The notes beneath the pieces are model-generated. The model had not been told where the DNA came from and searched no databases. It saw only the letters and a program-made list of their open reading frames with translations. Source: a bacterium (GTDB lineage Bacteria > Arandabacterota > Arandabacteria > Arandabacterales > Arandabacteraceae). From it: 64,000 nt of DNA. How positions within the stretch are numbered: position 1 is the stretch's first letter; each line of letters begins with the position of its first letter. The stretch covers positions 5,234 through 69,233 of the forward strand of contig JAOZOU010000008.1 in NCBI GenBank assembly GCA_029933125.1, in the 5' to 3' direction. Positions 28,448 through 38,223 of this stretch are shown here, piece after piece. The translations under genes and the position numbers were made by a program.

Positions 28448-28879
28448 ATGAGCAAGGAGCCCATCTACAGAATTCTCGATGCCAATGCAAATCGCTGCCG
28501 TGAGGCTCTGCGTGTTATCGAGGACTATACGCGCTTTTGTCTCGAAGATGCCAAGTTGGCTTCGGCTCTGAAACGTCAACGCCATAGAATAGCAAAGAAT
28601 TGTGACAATATCCTCAAGGAAAATCTGAAGGGATTGAGAGCAAGGCGTGTTACAACCGATCCCGGCCGCCAAACTCGACTGGCATCGGAGATAACTCGAA
28701 ATGAGTGGCTTGATGTGCTTATTTCGAATTTCCGAAGAGCTGAGGAGAGTTTGAGGGTTCTGGAAGAGGTAAGCAAGCTTCTTAACACCGAGGCGAGCAA
28801 GAGCTTCAAGAATTCCCGCTTTCGCATATACCAGCTTGAAAAAAGGTGTCTTCTCAAACTTCGAGAAAACGTGTGTTAG
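28448..28879 (+). CDS. Stand-alone homolog of the N-terminal extension found on long-form thiamine-phosphate synthases (tentative)
   Basis: YRILDANANRCREALRVIEDYTRFCLED resembles the N-terminal domain fused to ThiE in some lineages (from memory). Overlaps the following thiE ORF in another frame. Confidence 0.45.
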   Translation: MSKEPIYRILDANANRCREALRVIEDYTRFCLEDAKLASALKRQRHRIAKNCDNILKENLKGLRARRVTTDPGRQTRLASEITRNEWLDVLISNFRRAEESLRVLEEVSKLLNTEASKSFKNSRFRIYQLEKRCLLKLRENVC

Positions 28880-29508
28880 ATATTGACTTAAGCCTCTATG
28901 TGATAGTCGATCCCGGGGTGGAAGAGATCATGCCCCTTGAACGTTTTCTCAACGAGATCTGCTCTGGTGGAGCTACATGTCTTCAGGTGCGATGCAAGGA
29001 CGTTTCTACGCGCTCGTGGCTTATCTTCACACGGCGGGTCATTTCAGGTGCCCATGCTCATGGGGTTCCAGTTATTGTCAACGATCGCCTCGATATTGCC
29101 TTAGCCGCACGTGCTAAGGGAGTACATCTAGGCAGGGATGATCTCCCTGTGGCAGAAGCCCGCCGCATTGCGCCAGAGGGTTTTGTGATCGGTGCTTCTG
29201 TGCGCTGTTTGGATGAGGCTCTCTTGGCGGCAAGAGATGGAGCAGACTACCTTGGGGTTGGTCCCATCTTTGCCAGTCCAACGAAGCCTGATCTCGAACC
29301 CATCCCCGCTGGGACAATACGTGAGATCACAAGCGAAATTAGCTTGCCAATTGTTGCAATTGGTGGCATAAATCACATGAATGCAACCTTGCCGGTTTCC
29401 GAGGGTGCCGATGGGGTTGCAGTCATCTCTGCCCTGCGTCAGTGTGAAAGCCTCAGGGATGCGGCTGCCAAGCTCCGAGAAGCTGTAGATAGGGCAAAGA
29501 AAGGGTGA
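28846..29508 (+). CDS. thiE: Thiamine-phosphate synthase
   Basis: LYVIVDP, LQVRCKD, VIVNDRLDIALA..A.GVHLG.DD, YLGVGPIFASPTK, VAIGGI. Start is GTG 28846 or GTG 28873. Confidence 0.85.
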   Translation: MSSQTSRKRVLDIDLSLYVIVDPGVEEIMPLERFLNEICSGGATCLQVRCKDVSTRSWLIFTRRVISGAHAHGVPVIVNDRLDIALAARAKGVHLGRDDLPVAEARRIAPEGFVIGASVRCLDEALLAARDGADYLGVGPIFASPTKPDLEPIPAGTIREITSEISLPIVAIGGINHMNATLPVSEGADGVAVISALRQCESLRDAAAKLREAVDRAKKG

Positions 29509-29514
29509 GATCAC

Positions 29515-31611
29515 ATGCCTGCAAGACGCAGGGACAATCTGATTCCAGCAGCCGGGGTCGGATTGATTGCTTTGGGCATTCTCTTTGTCATTGCACTTGC
29601 CGGCGGAAGCAAGAGCCTTGGCAAGTTTAGTCTTGTCATTGTCGACCGTGGTATAAACAACTATCTGGGAAGACTTTCCTGGATTGTACCAATGCTCTGC
29701 CTCTACTGGGGCTGGAAGCTCATCATTGGCACAAGAATCTATTTTGACATTGGCGTCTCAGCGCTCGTGTGGCTTGCCTATACGTTCCTGTCGAGCCTCA
29801 GTTATGGCATAGATCTAAGGGGGTCTAACCTCGGTGGGCAGATAGGGGGGTATCTTGGAGAAGTGTTCGTGCATTCTCTGGGTCGAGTTGGAAGCCTCAT
29901 CGTCTTAGGGGCTGGCCTGATAATTATCCTCGTAATATCTGCAGGTATCGATCTTAAGCGTGGAGCTCTCTGGCTCCAGGAGCGCTTCCTCGATTTTCTC
30001 AGAATCTTTCGTGATGCCTTTGGCGGGGAGGAATCTCAAGCTAAGTCTCGCGAGCCCAGGCGCATGAGGCGTAGACCTGCAATTGTCAGTGTTGAAGAAT
30101 CACCCAAAGAGGTAAAGCCCCAAAAGAGCTGTCCCATGGTCACGAAGGAGCAAGAGGCTGAATCTCGAATGATCACCCAGAAAGCTATGCAGACCAGTGA
30201 AGATTCGGCTGGGCGAGCTGAATACAGGCGCCCACCGCTTTCACTCTTCAAACGCCCGTCTGCTGATGTGACTATTCCCCAGCAAGAACTTCAGGAGCTC
30301 GCCTCATATCTTGAGGACAAGATCGGAAGTTTCGGCATTGATGCAAGGGTCACAGAAATCCATCCAGGCCCTGTGATAACGCGCTTTGAAATTGAACCAG
30401 GCAGCTCAACCAAAGTGCATCAAGTGGTCAACCTTGCTGATGATCTCGCCCTTGCCCTCAAAGCAAGGAGCATCCGTATACTTGCTCCCATACCAGGAAA
30501 AGGGGCCATAGGCATTGAGGTGCCAAACAGGAATCCTTCACCGGTTTTGATAAGCGAGGTTCTGGCATCACCCCGATTCGAGCAAGCCCAGTCGAGACTT
30601 GAAATCGCTCTAGGTAAGGATGTTGCTGGCAACCCCTACACTGCTGATCTCGAGGCAATGCCCCATCTTCTTATAGCCGGAGCAACTGGCTCGGGTAAGA
30701 GTGTCTGCATAAATGCTATTATCACCAGTCTCGTCTATCGCAATTCCCCTCAGGATGTTCAGCTTATACTCATTGACCCCAAGCGTCTTGAACTGAGCCA
30801 ATACGAGGCAATACCTCACCTGTTGTGTGAAGTCGTCACCGACGCCAAGAAGGCAGTCCGTGCTCTCAACTGGGTCATTGAGGAAATGGATACGCGCTAT
30901 CAGCTTCTGGCAAGAAGAGGGGTGCGAAACATCAGACAATATGAAGAGGGTCTTCCATACATAGTTGTTGTGATTGACGAGCTTGCTGATTTGATGCTTG
31001 TGATGCCCCAGGAGATTGAATCGGCAGTAACCAAGCTTGCTCAAATGGCTAGAGCTGTTGGCATCCATCTTGTAATGGCAACTCAGAGACCTTCGGTTGA
31101 CGTCATAACTGGAGTGATAAAGGCTAATTTCCCGTGTCGCATTGCCTTGAAGGTTGCATCCAAGATCGACTCAAGGACAATAATCGACGTGAATGGGGCT
31201 GAGCGTCTCCTTGGCAGGGGCGACATGCTCTTTGTTGCACCTGGTACGGCCGAGCCCATCAGGCTTCATGGTGCTTTTGTCTCCCATGAGGAAACACGTA
31301 GGCTTGCAGAATTCTTGAGGAAACAAAGCCACCTCGCTGCGCCTTGTTTCTCCGTTGAGAACGTTGAGCCACGTCAAAAACCTCTTGTTGAGAGGGATGA
31401 GCTCTTTGAGGATGCAGCAAGGATAGTCATAACACATGGCCAGGGTTCGGTTTCACTGCTTCAGCGAAGACTCAAGATTGGATATTCAAGAGCTGCTCGC
31501 CTCATTGACTTTCTCGAGGAGGCCGGCATCGTTGGACCATTTGAGGGAAGCAAAGCTCGCCAGGTACTTGTTGATGAATCCTACCTTGAGAATCTTTCGC
31601 AGAAAAGTTAG
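29515..31611 (+). CDS. ftsK: DNA translocase FtsK/SpoIIIE
   Basis: N-terminal TM helices, Walker A GATGSGKSV, Walker B VVVIDELADL, and gamma winged-helix VSLLQRRLKIGYSRAARLIDFLEEAGIVGP. Confidence 0.9.
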   Translation: MPARRRDNLIPAAGVGLIALGILFVIALAGGSKSLGKFSLVIVDRGINNYLGRLSWIVPMLCLYWGWKLIIGTRIYFDIGVSALVWLAYTFLSSLSYGIDLRGSNLGGQIGGYLGEVFVHSLGRVGSLIVLGAGLIIILVISAGIDLKRGALWLQERFLDFLRIFRDAFGGEESQAKSREPRRMRRRPAIVSVEESPKEVKPQKSCPMVTKEQEAESRMITQKAMQTSEDSAGRAEYRRPPLSLFKRPSADVTIPQQELQELASYLEDKIGSFGIDARVTEIHPGPVITRFEIEPGSSTKVHQVVNLADDLALALKARSIRILAPIPGKGAIGIEVPNRNPSPVLISEVLASPRFEQAQSRLEIALGKDVAGNPYTADLEAMPHLLIAGATGSGKSVCINAIITSLVYRNSPQDVQLILIDPKRLELSQYEAIPHLLCEVVTDAKKAVRALNWVIEEMDTRYQLLARRGVRNIRQYEEGLPYIVVVIDELADLMLVMPQEIESAVTKLAQMARAVGIHLVMATQRPSVDVITGVIKANFPCRIALKVASKIDSRTIIDVNGAERLLGRGDMLFVAPGTAEPIRLHGAFVSHEETRRLAEFLRKQSHLAAPCFSVENVEPRQKPLVERDELFEDAARIVITHGQGSVSLLQRRLKIGYSRAARLIDFLEEAGIVGPFEGSKARQVLVDESYLENLSQKS

Positions 31612-31620
31612 TTTGGTGGT

Positions 31621-32961
31621 GTGATCTCGAAGAAAGTCTATATCCACCCAGCCTCATGTCCAAAAGCAAAAGTCGATCTCGAGAAGATCGCCTCACTCAT
31701 TGTGGCAAATGGGGGCAGCCTCCAAATCAGTCCTGAGCAAGCTGACTTTGGGATCGTCTTTGCCTGTGGATTCATTGACGACGCCAAACTCGAATCCATC
31801 GAAGATATTCTGGAGCTGGCTGAGCTTAAGAAAGAGCACAAGCTTGACCATGTCGTGGTCATCGGCTGTATGCCCCAGAAATATGGTAAGGATCTTGCAA
31901 GGGATTTAGATGAGGTCGATGCTTTTGTCGGGATGGGCTCTCTTGATTCTTTGGTATCCATTCTCGATGCTATAGGGCATGGTGAGACGAAACGTCTCTG
32001 GGTTGAAGGGCAGTTTGGAGACTTCCGAACCTATAGCAGGGTTGTTCTGGACAACGCTTCGTGGACACGTAGTCTCATGATATGTGACGGCTGTGACAAT
32101 CACTGCTCATACTGTTCGATACCCCAAATGAGGGGAAGCCTTCGGAGTCGTAATCTCGAAGACATAATCGCTGAAGCCGATCTCCTTGTGGAGCAGGGTG
32201 CGAAGGAGCTCGTAGTTGCCGGACAGGATACAGCCTCTTATGGAAAGGATATCGGAAGCAGTCTCGAAAAGGTGGCGAGGGCTCTCGCTGAGCGTTATCC
32301 CAATTGCTGGATAAGAATAGCGTACGCCAATCCTGATAATCTCAAGCCGGATATTGCCCAAATCATAGGCACCTATCCGAATGTTTGCAACTATCTTGAC
32401 ATTCCTATTCAGCATGCTTCACCCAGAGTACTTGAGGCAATGGGCAGATCAGGAGATGTTGCAAAGCTTGAGGATCTCATTATGGAGTTAAGAGCGAGGA
32501 TACCCGACATTGCCCTAAGGACAAGCGTTATCGTGGGCTTTCCTGGTGAGACAGAGAAAGAATTTCAAGACCTCCTGAGATTTCTTGGGAAAGTGCGATT
32601 TGATCTTGTTGGGGCTTTTATATATTCTCCTCAGCCGGGAACTCCAGCTGCAAGTTTGCCTGATCAAGTTCCCGATAGCATCAAGGAGGAGAGATTGATT
32701 GAAGTAATTGCACTTCAGCATGATATAGCTCTGGAGAAAATGCATGATCTCATTGGCGAACAAGTTGAGGTACTCATCGAGGAAAGGCAAGGGGAATTCT
32801 TTCAAGCAAGGACGCAGTACGATATGCGTGAAGTTGATCGAATTGTTCTTCTTGAAGCCCGAGATCTTGAGCCGGGAAGGTTTGCTTTGGCTCGCATAGA
32901 AACTGCATACGGATACTATGGGTGGAAGGCAAACCTCATAAACATGGGGGAGAAGGGCTGA
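31621..32961 (+). CDS. rimO: Radical SAM methylthiotransferase, RimO-like (ribosomal protein S12 methylthiotransferase)
   Basis: N-terminal CPKAKVDLE (RimO-type), radical-SAM CDNHCSYC, C-terminal TRAM-like domain. GTG start. MiaB/MtaB family membership is certain; the RimO subtype is probable. Confidence 0.75.
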   Translation: MISKKVYIHPASCPKAKVDLEKIASLIVANGGSLQISPEQADFGIVFACGFIDDAKLESIEDILELAELKKEHKLDHVVVIGCMPQKYGKDLARDLDEVDAFVGMGSLDSLVSILDAIGHGETKRLWVEGQFGDFRTYSRVVLDNASWTRSLMICDGCDNHCSYCSIPQMRGSLRSRNLEDIIAEADLLVEQGAKELVVAGQDTASYGKDIGSSLEKVARALAERYPNCWIRIAYANPDNLKPDIAQIIGTYPNVCNYLDIPIQHASPRVLEAMGRSGDVAKLEDLIMELRARIPDIALRTSVIVGFPGETEKEFQDLLRFLGKVRFDLVGAFIYSPQPGTPAASLPDQVPDSIKEERLIEVIALQHDIALEKMHDLIGEQVEVLIEERQGEFFQARTQYDMREVDRIVLLEARDLEPGRFALARIETAYGYYGWKANLINMGEKG

Positions 32962-32981
32962 ACTGAGAGCCTCTCATCAAC

Positions 32982-33338
32982 TTAGCATGTCAGATGAGCT
33001 GCGAAGGCAACGTCCTCGCCAGCGAGACTATTGAACTCCTCGCATGCATTGCGAGTGGGCATAGCAATAAGCTTTATGCCCCTGTGCTCAAGCTCTTCTC
33101 TTAGATTATGTGCAACACTCATCAAACCTGAAAAGCCAGTTCCCACCACAAGCACCCTGGGTCTTGCTTCGAGAATGTCCTCCACATCTTCCACATTCAG
33201 GACATGACCTTCGCGCCGCCACCAATTGGGTATAATCCTTCCTCTCAGAATCTTAAGATCGTTTGTATAGCATTTGCCGTCTATGATTATCGTGCCAAAA
33301 TCATAATGCTCAATTCTCACTCCGATCACCCCAATCAT
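32982..33338 (-). CDS. Mth938/DUF498-like small protein
   Basis: 118 aa. FGTIIIDGKCYTNDLKI...WWRREGH...LVVGTGFSGLM pattern of the Mth938/NDUFAF3-like family. Confidence 0.6.
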   Translation of the reverse strand: MIGVIGVRIEHYDFGTIIIDGKCYTNDLKILRGRIIPNWWRREGHVLNVEDVEDILEARPRVLVVGTGFSGLMSVAHNLREELEHRGIKLIAMPTRNACEEFNSLAGEDVAFAAHLTC

Positions 33339-33351
33339 AATATGATTTCGC

Positions 33352-33380
33352 TTGACAACGAATCAAGTGGAAGTTAACGT
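33352..33380 (+). promoter_or_regulatory. Sigma-70-like promoter candidate (TTGACA-N17-TAACGT) upstream of the response-regulator gene
   Basis: Exact -35, 17-nt spacer, TAnnnT -10. Lies in the divergent intergenic region. Confidence 0.3.
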
Positions 33381-33415
33381 GTCTCTGGAACATTCCAGGG
33401 AGGGGGTGAGATGCC

Positions 33416-33799
33416 GTGGCCAGACTCCTCCTCGTCGAAGATGAGCCTGCCCAGCTCGATTACTACCGGTACCTTCTTGAACAGGATGGTCATGATGTTA
33501 GACATGCAACCTGCGGAAAGGAAGCTATAGCAGTTGCCGAGCAATTTTGTCCCTCCGTTGTAGTCATGGATCTTGTTCTGCCTGACATGGATGGTACCGA
33601 GGCTATTTCGAGAATCTTAAATACATGTCACAAGGCCAAGATTGTCATCAATACCAACTATGAATCCTTCAGATTGGATTTTCGGTGTTGGGGTGCTGAT
33701 GCCTTTGTGGTTAAATCAAGTGATCCGACCGAGTTGAGAACTGCTGTCAAGCAGGTTTTAGCGAAAGGAAATTCAACCAGGCTGGAATCACGCAACTGA
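33416..33799 (+). CDS. Single-domain response regulator (CheY-like receiver)
   Basis: LLLVEDEP, VVVMDLVLPDMDG (phospho-acceptor Asp), and a conserved Lys in VVKS. No output domain and no kinase nearby. GTG start after RBS AGGGAGGGGG. Confidence 0.8.
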   Translation: MARLLLVEDEPAQLDYYRYLLEQDGHDVRHATCGKEAIAVAEQFCPSVVVMDLVLPDMDGTEAISRILNTCHKAKIVINTNYESFRLDFRCWGADAFVVKSSDPTELRTAVKQVLAKGNSTRLESRN

Positions 33800-33807
33800 A
33801 CTTCTTG

Positions 33808-33853
33808 GGCGTCTACCGAGAATTGTCTCACTCGGCAGTCGCCTGATTTTTTT
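33808..33853 (+). terminator. Rho-independent terminator candidate after the response-regulator gene
   Basis: GGCGTCTACCGAG / CTCGGCAGTCGCC pairs at 11 of 13 positions around a 10-nt loop, followed by TGATTTTTTT. Confidence 0.5.
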
Positions 33854-33873
33854 GGGATGGCGCGAAATTGAAA

Positions 33874-36495
33874 ATGCTTATTGTAGATGGGCCAGCATTA
33901 GCTTATAGGTCGCATTACGCCCTTGCCAAGGCGAACTTGCGAACACCCGATGGCAAGACTACGGCAGCCACTTATGGCTACACCACGACCCTTTTGAAAC
34001 TCCTGCGGGAAAATGAGCCCGAATATGCCTGCGTAGCTTTCGATACTGAGAAACCCACTTTCAGACATGAGCTCTTCAAGGCTTACAAAGCTGACAGACC
34101 AGGTATGCCACAGGATCTTGCAGATCAACTTGAGTGGATAAAGCAGATAACCGAGGCTGTGGGTGTGAGAATTATTGAGATGGAAGGCTATGAGGCCGAC
34201 GATATTATTGCCACGCTTGCCAGGATAGCCAATGAAGCTGGCTACGATGTCGTTATCGCTACCGGGGATAAGGACATGCTTCAGGTAGTGAATGAGAAAA
34301 CCAAGGTCGTTATGCTGAGTGGCTGGGGAAGGGAGACAAAGGTGATGAATACCAACGCAATCCTATCCAAGTTTGGATTCTCACCTGGCTTGCTTCCCGA
34401 CTACTTCGCTCTTGTTGGCGATGCCATAGATAATGTTCCAGGAGTGCGCGGCATAGGGCCTAAGACGGCTTCAGCTCTTGTCAAGAAATTTGGAAGTCTC
34501 GAAGGAATTTTTGAGAATCTGACCAAGGTAATGTCAGCAAGAGTGCGCAAGGTACTGGCTCAAAACCGTGAAAATGCTTTCAGAAGTCGTGAGCTTGTTC
34601 TCATCGATTCTCAGGTTCCTTTAAACCTTGAGCTGGAGGATCTAAAAAGGAAGCCTATAGCAAAGGATGATCTTAGAGCAATTTTCGCTTCACTCGGTTT
34701 CAGGTCTCTGATTAGAAGCGTTCTCGGAGATTCCGAACCTACTATTGATACGAGGATATGGCAGGAGAACATGTCAGTCTCGGATCTACCTCACCCTGGC
34801 GGAAAGGTTGCTGTCTACGTTAATCTCGATGGATCAAGCGGAGTTCGTGGAAGATTGCTCGGCATAGGGCTTTTCTCAAGAGATGGATTCTCACTTTATC
34901 TTCCAATCACTCATCGTGAACCGGGAAACTTGAGCAGGGGAAAGGTAAGGGAGATTCTATCAAAGATCTTTGAGGACTGCTCAGTTGTCACTCACGACTC
35001 CAAAGTACTCATCGAATGTTTGACGCGCCTAGATCTTCCGCAGCCCCGAATTGTCTCAGATACGATGCTTGCAGGCTATCTCCTCGATCCTGGCAATACC
35101 AAGCTAGCCGTTGCCGACCTAGCAGGTCAGCATCTTGGAATCCTTCTGGAGAACGCAGTGCGCGGTAGAGCCTTCCAGACTCTCAATCAGGCAAGCCAGG
35201 CTTGCGGCAGAAGGGCCTGGGCTATGGCAGAGATGATTGATGATCTCGAGAGTCAACTTGAGAAGCAAGGCATGATTGATCTTTATCGCAAAGTCGAGCT
35301 GCCACTTGCACGCGTTCTAGCTGATATGGAGCTCCGGGGTGTGAAAATTGACAGGGCACGCTTGGAAGCTCTAGGGCACGAGCTCGACAAGCGGTTGGAT
35401 ATGATCGAAAGGGCCGCTTACAGTAGTGTCGGCCACAGGTTCAATCTCAATTCCCCAAAGGAGATTGCCCACGTTCTTTTCGTCGAGCTGGGTTTGACCC
35501 CCAGAAGACGCACCAAGAGTGGCTATTCCACAGACATCGGTGTTCTTGCTGAGCTAAGCCAGGAGCATCACTTGCCGGGACTTATACTCGAGTACAGGCA
35601 GCTTGCCAAGCTCAAGTCGACATATGTTGACCAGCTGCTCAAGTTCGCTGATCCAGTGACAGACAAAGTCCATGCCAATTTCAATCAGACAGTTACTGCA
35701 ACCGGGAGGTTGAGTTCGAGTGATCCCAATCTCCAGAACATACCCATTCGCTCAGATCTTGGTCTCGAAATAAGAAAAGCGTTTGTACCTAGTTCACCTG
35801 ACTGGATTCTAATCTCTGCTGACTACTCTCAGATAGAATTGAGGGTCCTTGCCCATCTTTCAAAAGATGAGAGATTACTTGAATCCTTCGAAAAGGGTGA
35901 GGATATCCACGCGACAACTGCCTCAGCTATCTTCAAGGTGCCTCGCGAAAAAATAACACCTCTCATGCGCACGATTGCGAAGAGCGTTAACTTCGGGGTA
36001 GTTTATGGTATGGGTGTCCAGGGACTGGCAAGGGCAACCGGGCTTTCAACGCAGGAAGCTGAAAACTTCCTCGAGGAACATCGAAGAACGTATCCGCGCG
36101 TCTATGAATACATAAGCGAATGCCTTGAGCTTGCACGCCAGCGGGGCTACGTCCAAACAATCTTGGGGCGCAGGCGTTCGATAGTGGGCCTTGAAAGTGA
36201 TCAACCATCCCAACGCTCAGCAGCTCAGCGAATCGCAATAAATACACCTGTGCAGGGTTCCGCAGCAGACATCATCAAACTAGCAATGCTTGAGATAAAT
36301 AAGGAGATCACTTCAAGGAATCTCAGGGGAGGCATAGTCATACAGGTTCATGATGAAATTCTCATCGATTGTCCTCGCGCCGAGGGCGACATTATGGAAG
36401 AGATCATCCGTGACAAGATGGGTAACGCCTTCGACCTCTGTGTCCCGCTCGAAGTGCAGGTTGGTAAGGGTGGGAGCTGGTATGAAGCTCACTAA
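33874..36495 (+). CDS. polA: DNA polymerase I
   Basis: 5'-nuclease LIVDGPALAYRSHYAL and DNVPGVRGIGPKTA. Pol motif A LISADYSQIELRVLAH, motif B RTIAKSVNFGVVYGMG, motif C IQVHDEILI. ATG 33874; alternative TTG 33868. Confidence 0.95.
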   Translation: MLIVDGPALAYRSHYALAKANLRTPDGKTTAATYGYTTTLLKLLRENEPEYACVAFDTEKPTFRHELFKAYKADRPGMPQDLADQLEWIKQITEAVGVRIIEMEGYEADDIIATLARIANEAGYDVVIATGDKDMLQVVNEKTKVVMLSGWGRETKVMNTNAILSKFGFSPGLLPDYFALVGDAIDNVPGVRGIGPKTASALVKKFGSLEGIFENLTKVMSARVRKVLAQNRENAFRSRELVLIDSQVPLNLELEDLKRKPIAKDDLRAIFASLGFRSLIRSVLGDSEPTIDTRIWQENMSVSDLPHPGGKVAVYVNLDGSSGVRGRLLGIGLFSRDGFSLYLPITHREPGNLSRGKVREILSKIFEDCSVVTHDSKVLIECLTRLDLPQPRIVSDTMLAGYLLDPGNTKLAVADLAGQHLGILLENAVRGRAFQTLNQASQACGRRAWAMAEMIDDLESQLEKQGMIDLYRKVELPLARVLADMELRGVKIDRARLEALGHELDKRLDMIERAAYSSVGHRFNLNSPKEIAHVLFVELGLTPRRRTKSGYSTDIGVLAELSQEHHLPGLILEYRQLAKLKSTYVDQLLKFADPVTDKVHANFNQTVTATGRLSSSDPNLQNIPIRSDLGLEIRKAFVPSSPDWILISADYSQIELRVLAHLSKDERLLESFEKGEDIHATTASAIFKVPREKITPLMRTIAKSVNFGVVYGMGVQGLARATGLSTQEAENFLEEHRRTYPRVYEYISECLELARQRGYVQTILGRRRSIVGLESDQPSQRSAAQRIAINTPVQGSAADIIKLAMLEINKEITSRNLRGGIVIQVHDEILIDCPRAEGDIMEEIIRDKMGNAFDLCVPLEVQVGKGGSWYEAH

Positions 36496-37105
36496 CAGGA
36501 ATGACTTAGTCGTCGGGGTAAGTGGCATAATGGGTTCTGGCAAGAGCACGGTAACGAAGGTCTTCGAGCGTCTCGGGGCAAAGAGGATCGACGCCGATTC
36601 AATTGGGAAAAGTATGCTGGATATCCCCGAGGTCAGAAAGGAATTGCTTGAAGCATTCGGAAATTCCATTGTAGGTACCACGGGAAAGATAGAGGCATCG
36701 CTTCTTGCGAAGGTTGCTTTCAAAGACAGGCAGGCAGCATCAATGCTCAACAGCATCACACATCCACATCTCGTCAGGAGACTTCTCGAGGAGGTTGGGA
36801 GAGCTCGCGAGACGAGTCCCATCATAGTTATCGATGCGGCGCTATTGCCTGAATGGAGATTGCAATCAGTCCTTGATATCCTCATCGTTGTGGATGCTCC
36901 TATTGAGGAGGCAATTAGGCGTGCGTGCAAGCATAGAGGATTCGGTAAGCAGCAGGTTATAGCGCGGATGCAAAATCAACTTTCGCGCAGGGGTAAGATA
37001 CGGAGAGCAGATTTGATCATTCCCAATTATGGGACATTGGAAGAACTTTCATGGCGAGCAACGAAGATCTTCTGGTATCTAGCAGAGACATGGGGAGGTG
37101 ATTGA
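36482..37105 (+). CDS. coaE: Dephospho-CoA kinase
   Basis: P-loop VGVSGIMGSGKSTV right after ATG 36482, overlapping the polA end by 14 nt. The longer ORF-track N-terminus lies inside polA. Confidence 0.85.
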   Translation: MKLTNRNDLVVGVSGIMGSGKSTVTKVFERLGAKRIDADSIGKSMLDIPEVRKELLEAFGNSIVGTTGKIEASLLAKVAFKDRQAASMLNSITHPHLVRRLLEEVGRARETSPIIVIDAALLPEWRLQSVLDILIVVDAPIEEAIRRACKHRGFGKQQVIARMQNQLSRRGKIRRADLIIPNYGTLEELSWRATKIFWYLAETWGGD

Positions 37106-37106
37106 G

Positions 37107-38217
37107 ATGGCTAATCACGAAAAGGATGACCTGGCTGAGATAAAGGGGCGTATAGCAAAGCTGGGTGAACATCTTTGACATCCCTCAACGTGAGAAGCGC
37201 ATAAAGGTTCTCGAAAGCAGGATGGCAAAGCCAGACTTCTGGCATGATGCCAAGCTCGCCAGGACGATAATGAAGGAGGCGTCCGCTCACAAGGCTTTGC
37301 TTGAAAACTGGTATAGACTGGAACGTGAAGCGAAGGATATTGAGGAATTCCTCACAATGTCTCAGGAGCTGAGTGAAGCTGGGCTCACGGAAGATATCGA
37401 GAAAGCTTTATCAAAACTCAGCAAGGATGTCGAGCAACTCGAGTTACAATCGCTGCTTTCTGGAGAGGACGATCCAAGGAACGCTATTGTCACAATCCAT
37501 CCTGGAGCAGGTGGTACGGAGTCGCAGGATTGGGCACAGATGCTAATGCGGATGTATCTTCGCTGGGCGGAACGTCATGGTTACCAGACTGGTGTAATGG
37601 ATATGTTGCCAGGTGAAGAAGCAGGCATAAAGAGTGCAACTCTTGAAATAAAGGGGCCGTATGCCTATGGCTATCTCAAAGGTGAATCAGGAGTCCACAG
37701 ACTTGTTCGGATATCGCCCTTTGATGCAAATCATCGTAGGCACACTTCCTTCGCCTCTGTTTTTGTCTACTCAGAAGCAGATGAGGAGCTCGAAATTGAA
37801 ATCAAAGATTCAGACCTGAGAATTGACACCTTCAGGGCAAGCGGTGCTGGCGGACAGCATGTCAATAAGACTGACAGCGCTGTGAGGATAACTCATCTAC
37901 CGACTAGGATAGTTGTGCAATGTCAAAGTGAACGCTCTCAACATCGAAACAAGGAGAATGCTCTCAAGATTCTCAAAGCTAAACTTCATGCTTATTATCT
38001 TGAGCAGGAGAGAAAGAAGATGGAAGAGATCGAGAAGAGCAAGAAAGACATCGCATGGGGAAGTCAGATAAGATCATATATCCTGCAGCCTTACAGATTG
38101 GTCAAGGATCATAGAACAGGCGCGGAAACTGGAAACGTCGATGACGTGCTTGATGGTAACATTGATGTGTTCATTGAAAGCTATCTGAGATTTCAGAGTG
38201 GTTCTGAGAAGGGGTAA
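37107..38217 (+). CDS. prfB: Peptide chain release factor 2, requires programmed +1 frameshift at 37173-37179
   Basis: Frame-0 leader MANHEKDDLAEIKGRIAKLGEHL ends at CTT TGA C. The +1 frame continues DIPQREKRIKVLE... and carries SPF (RISPFD) and GGQ (SGAGGQHVNKTDSAVRITH). Confidence 0.9.
37163..37179 (+). promoter_or_regulatory. RF2 autoregulatory +1 frameshift site (SD-like GGGTGA, spacer, CTT TGA C)
   Basis: The sequence gggtgaacatCTTTGAC matches the conserved CUU UGA C slippery/stop context. A Shine-Dalgarno-like element lies a few nt upstream. Confidence 0.85.
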
Positions 38218-38223
38218 GCCAAG

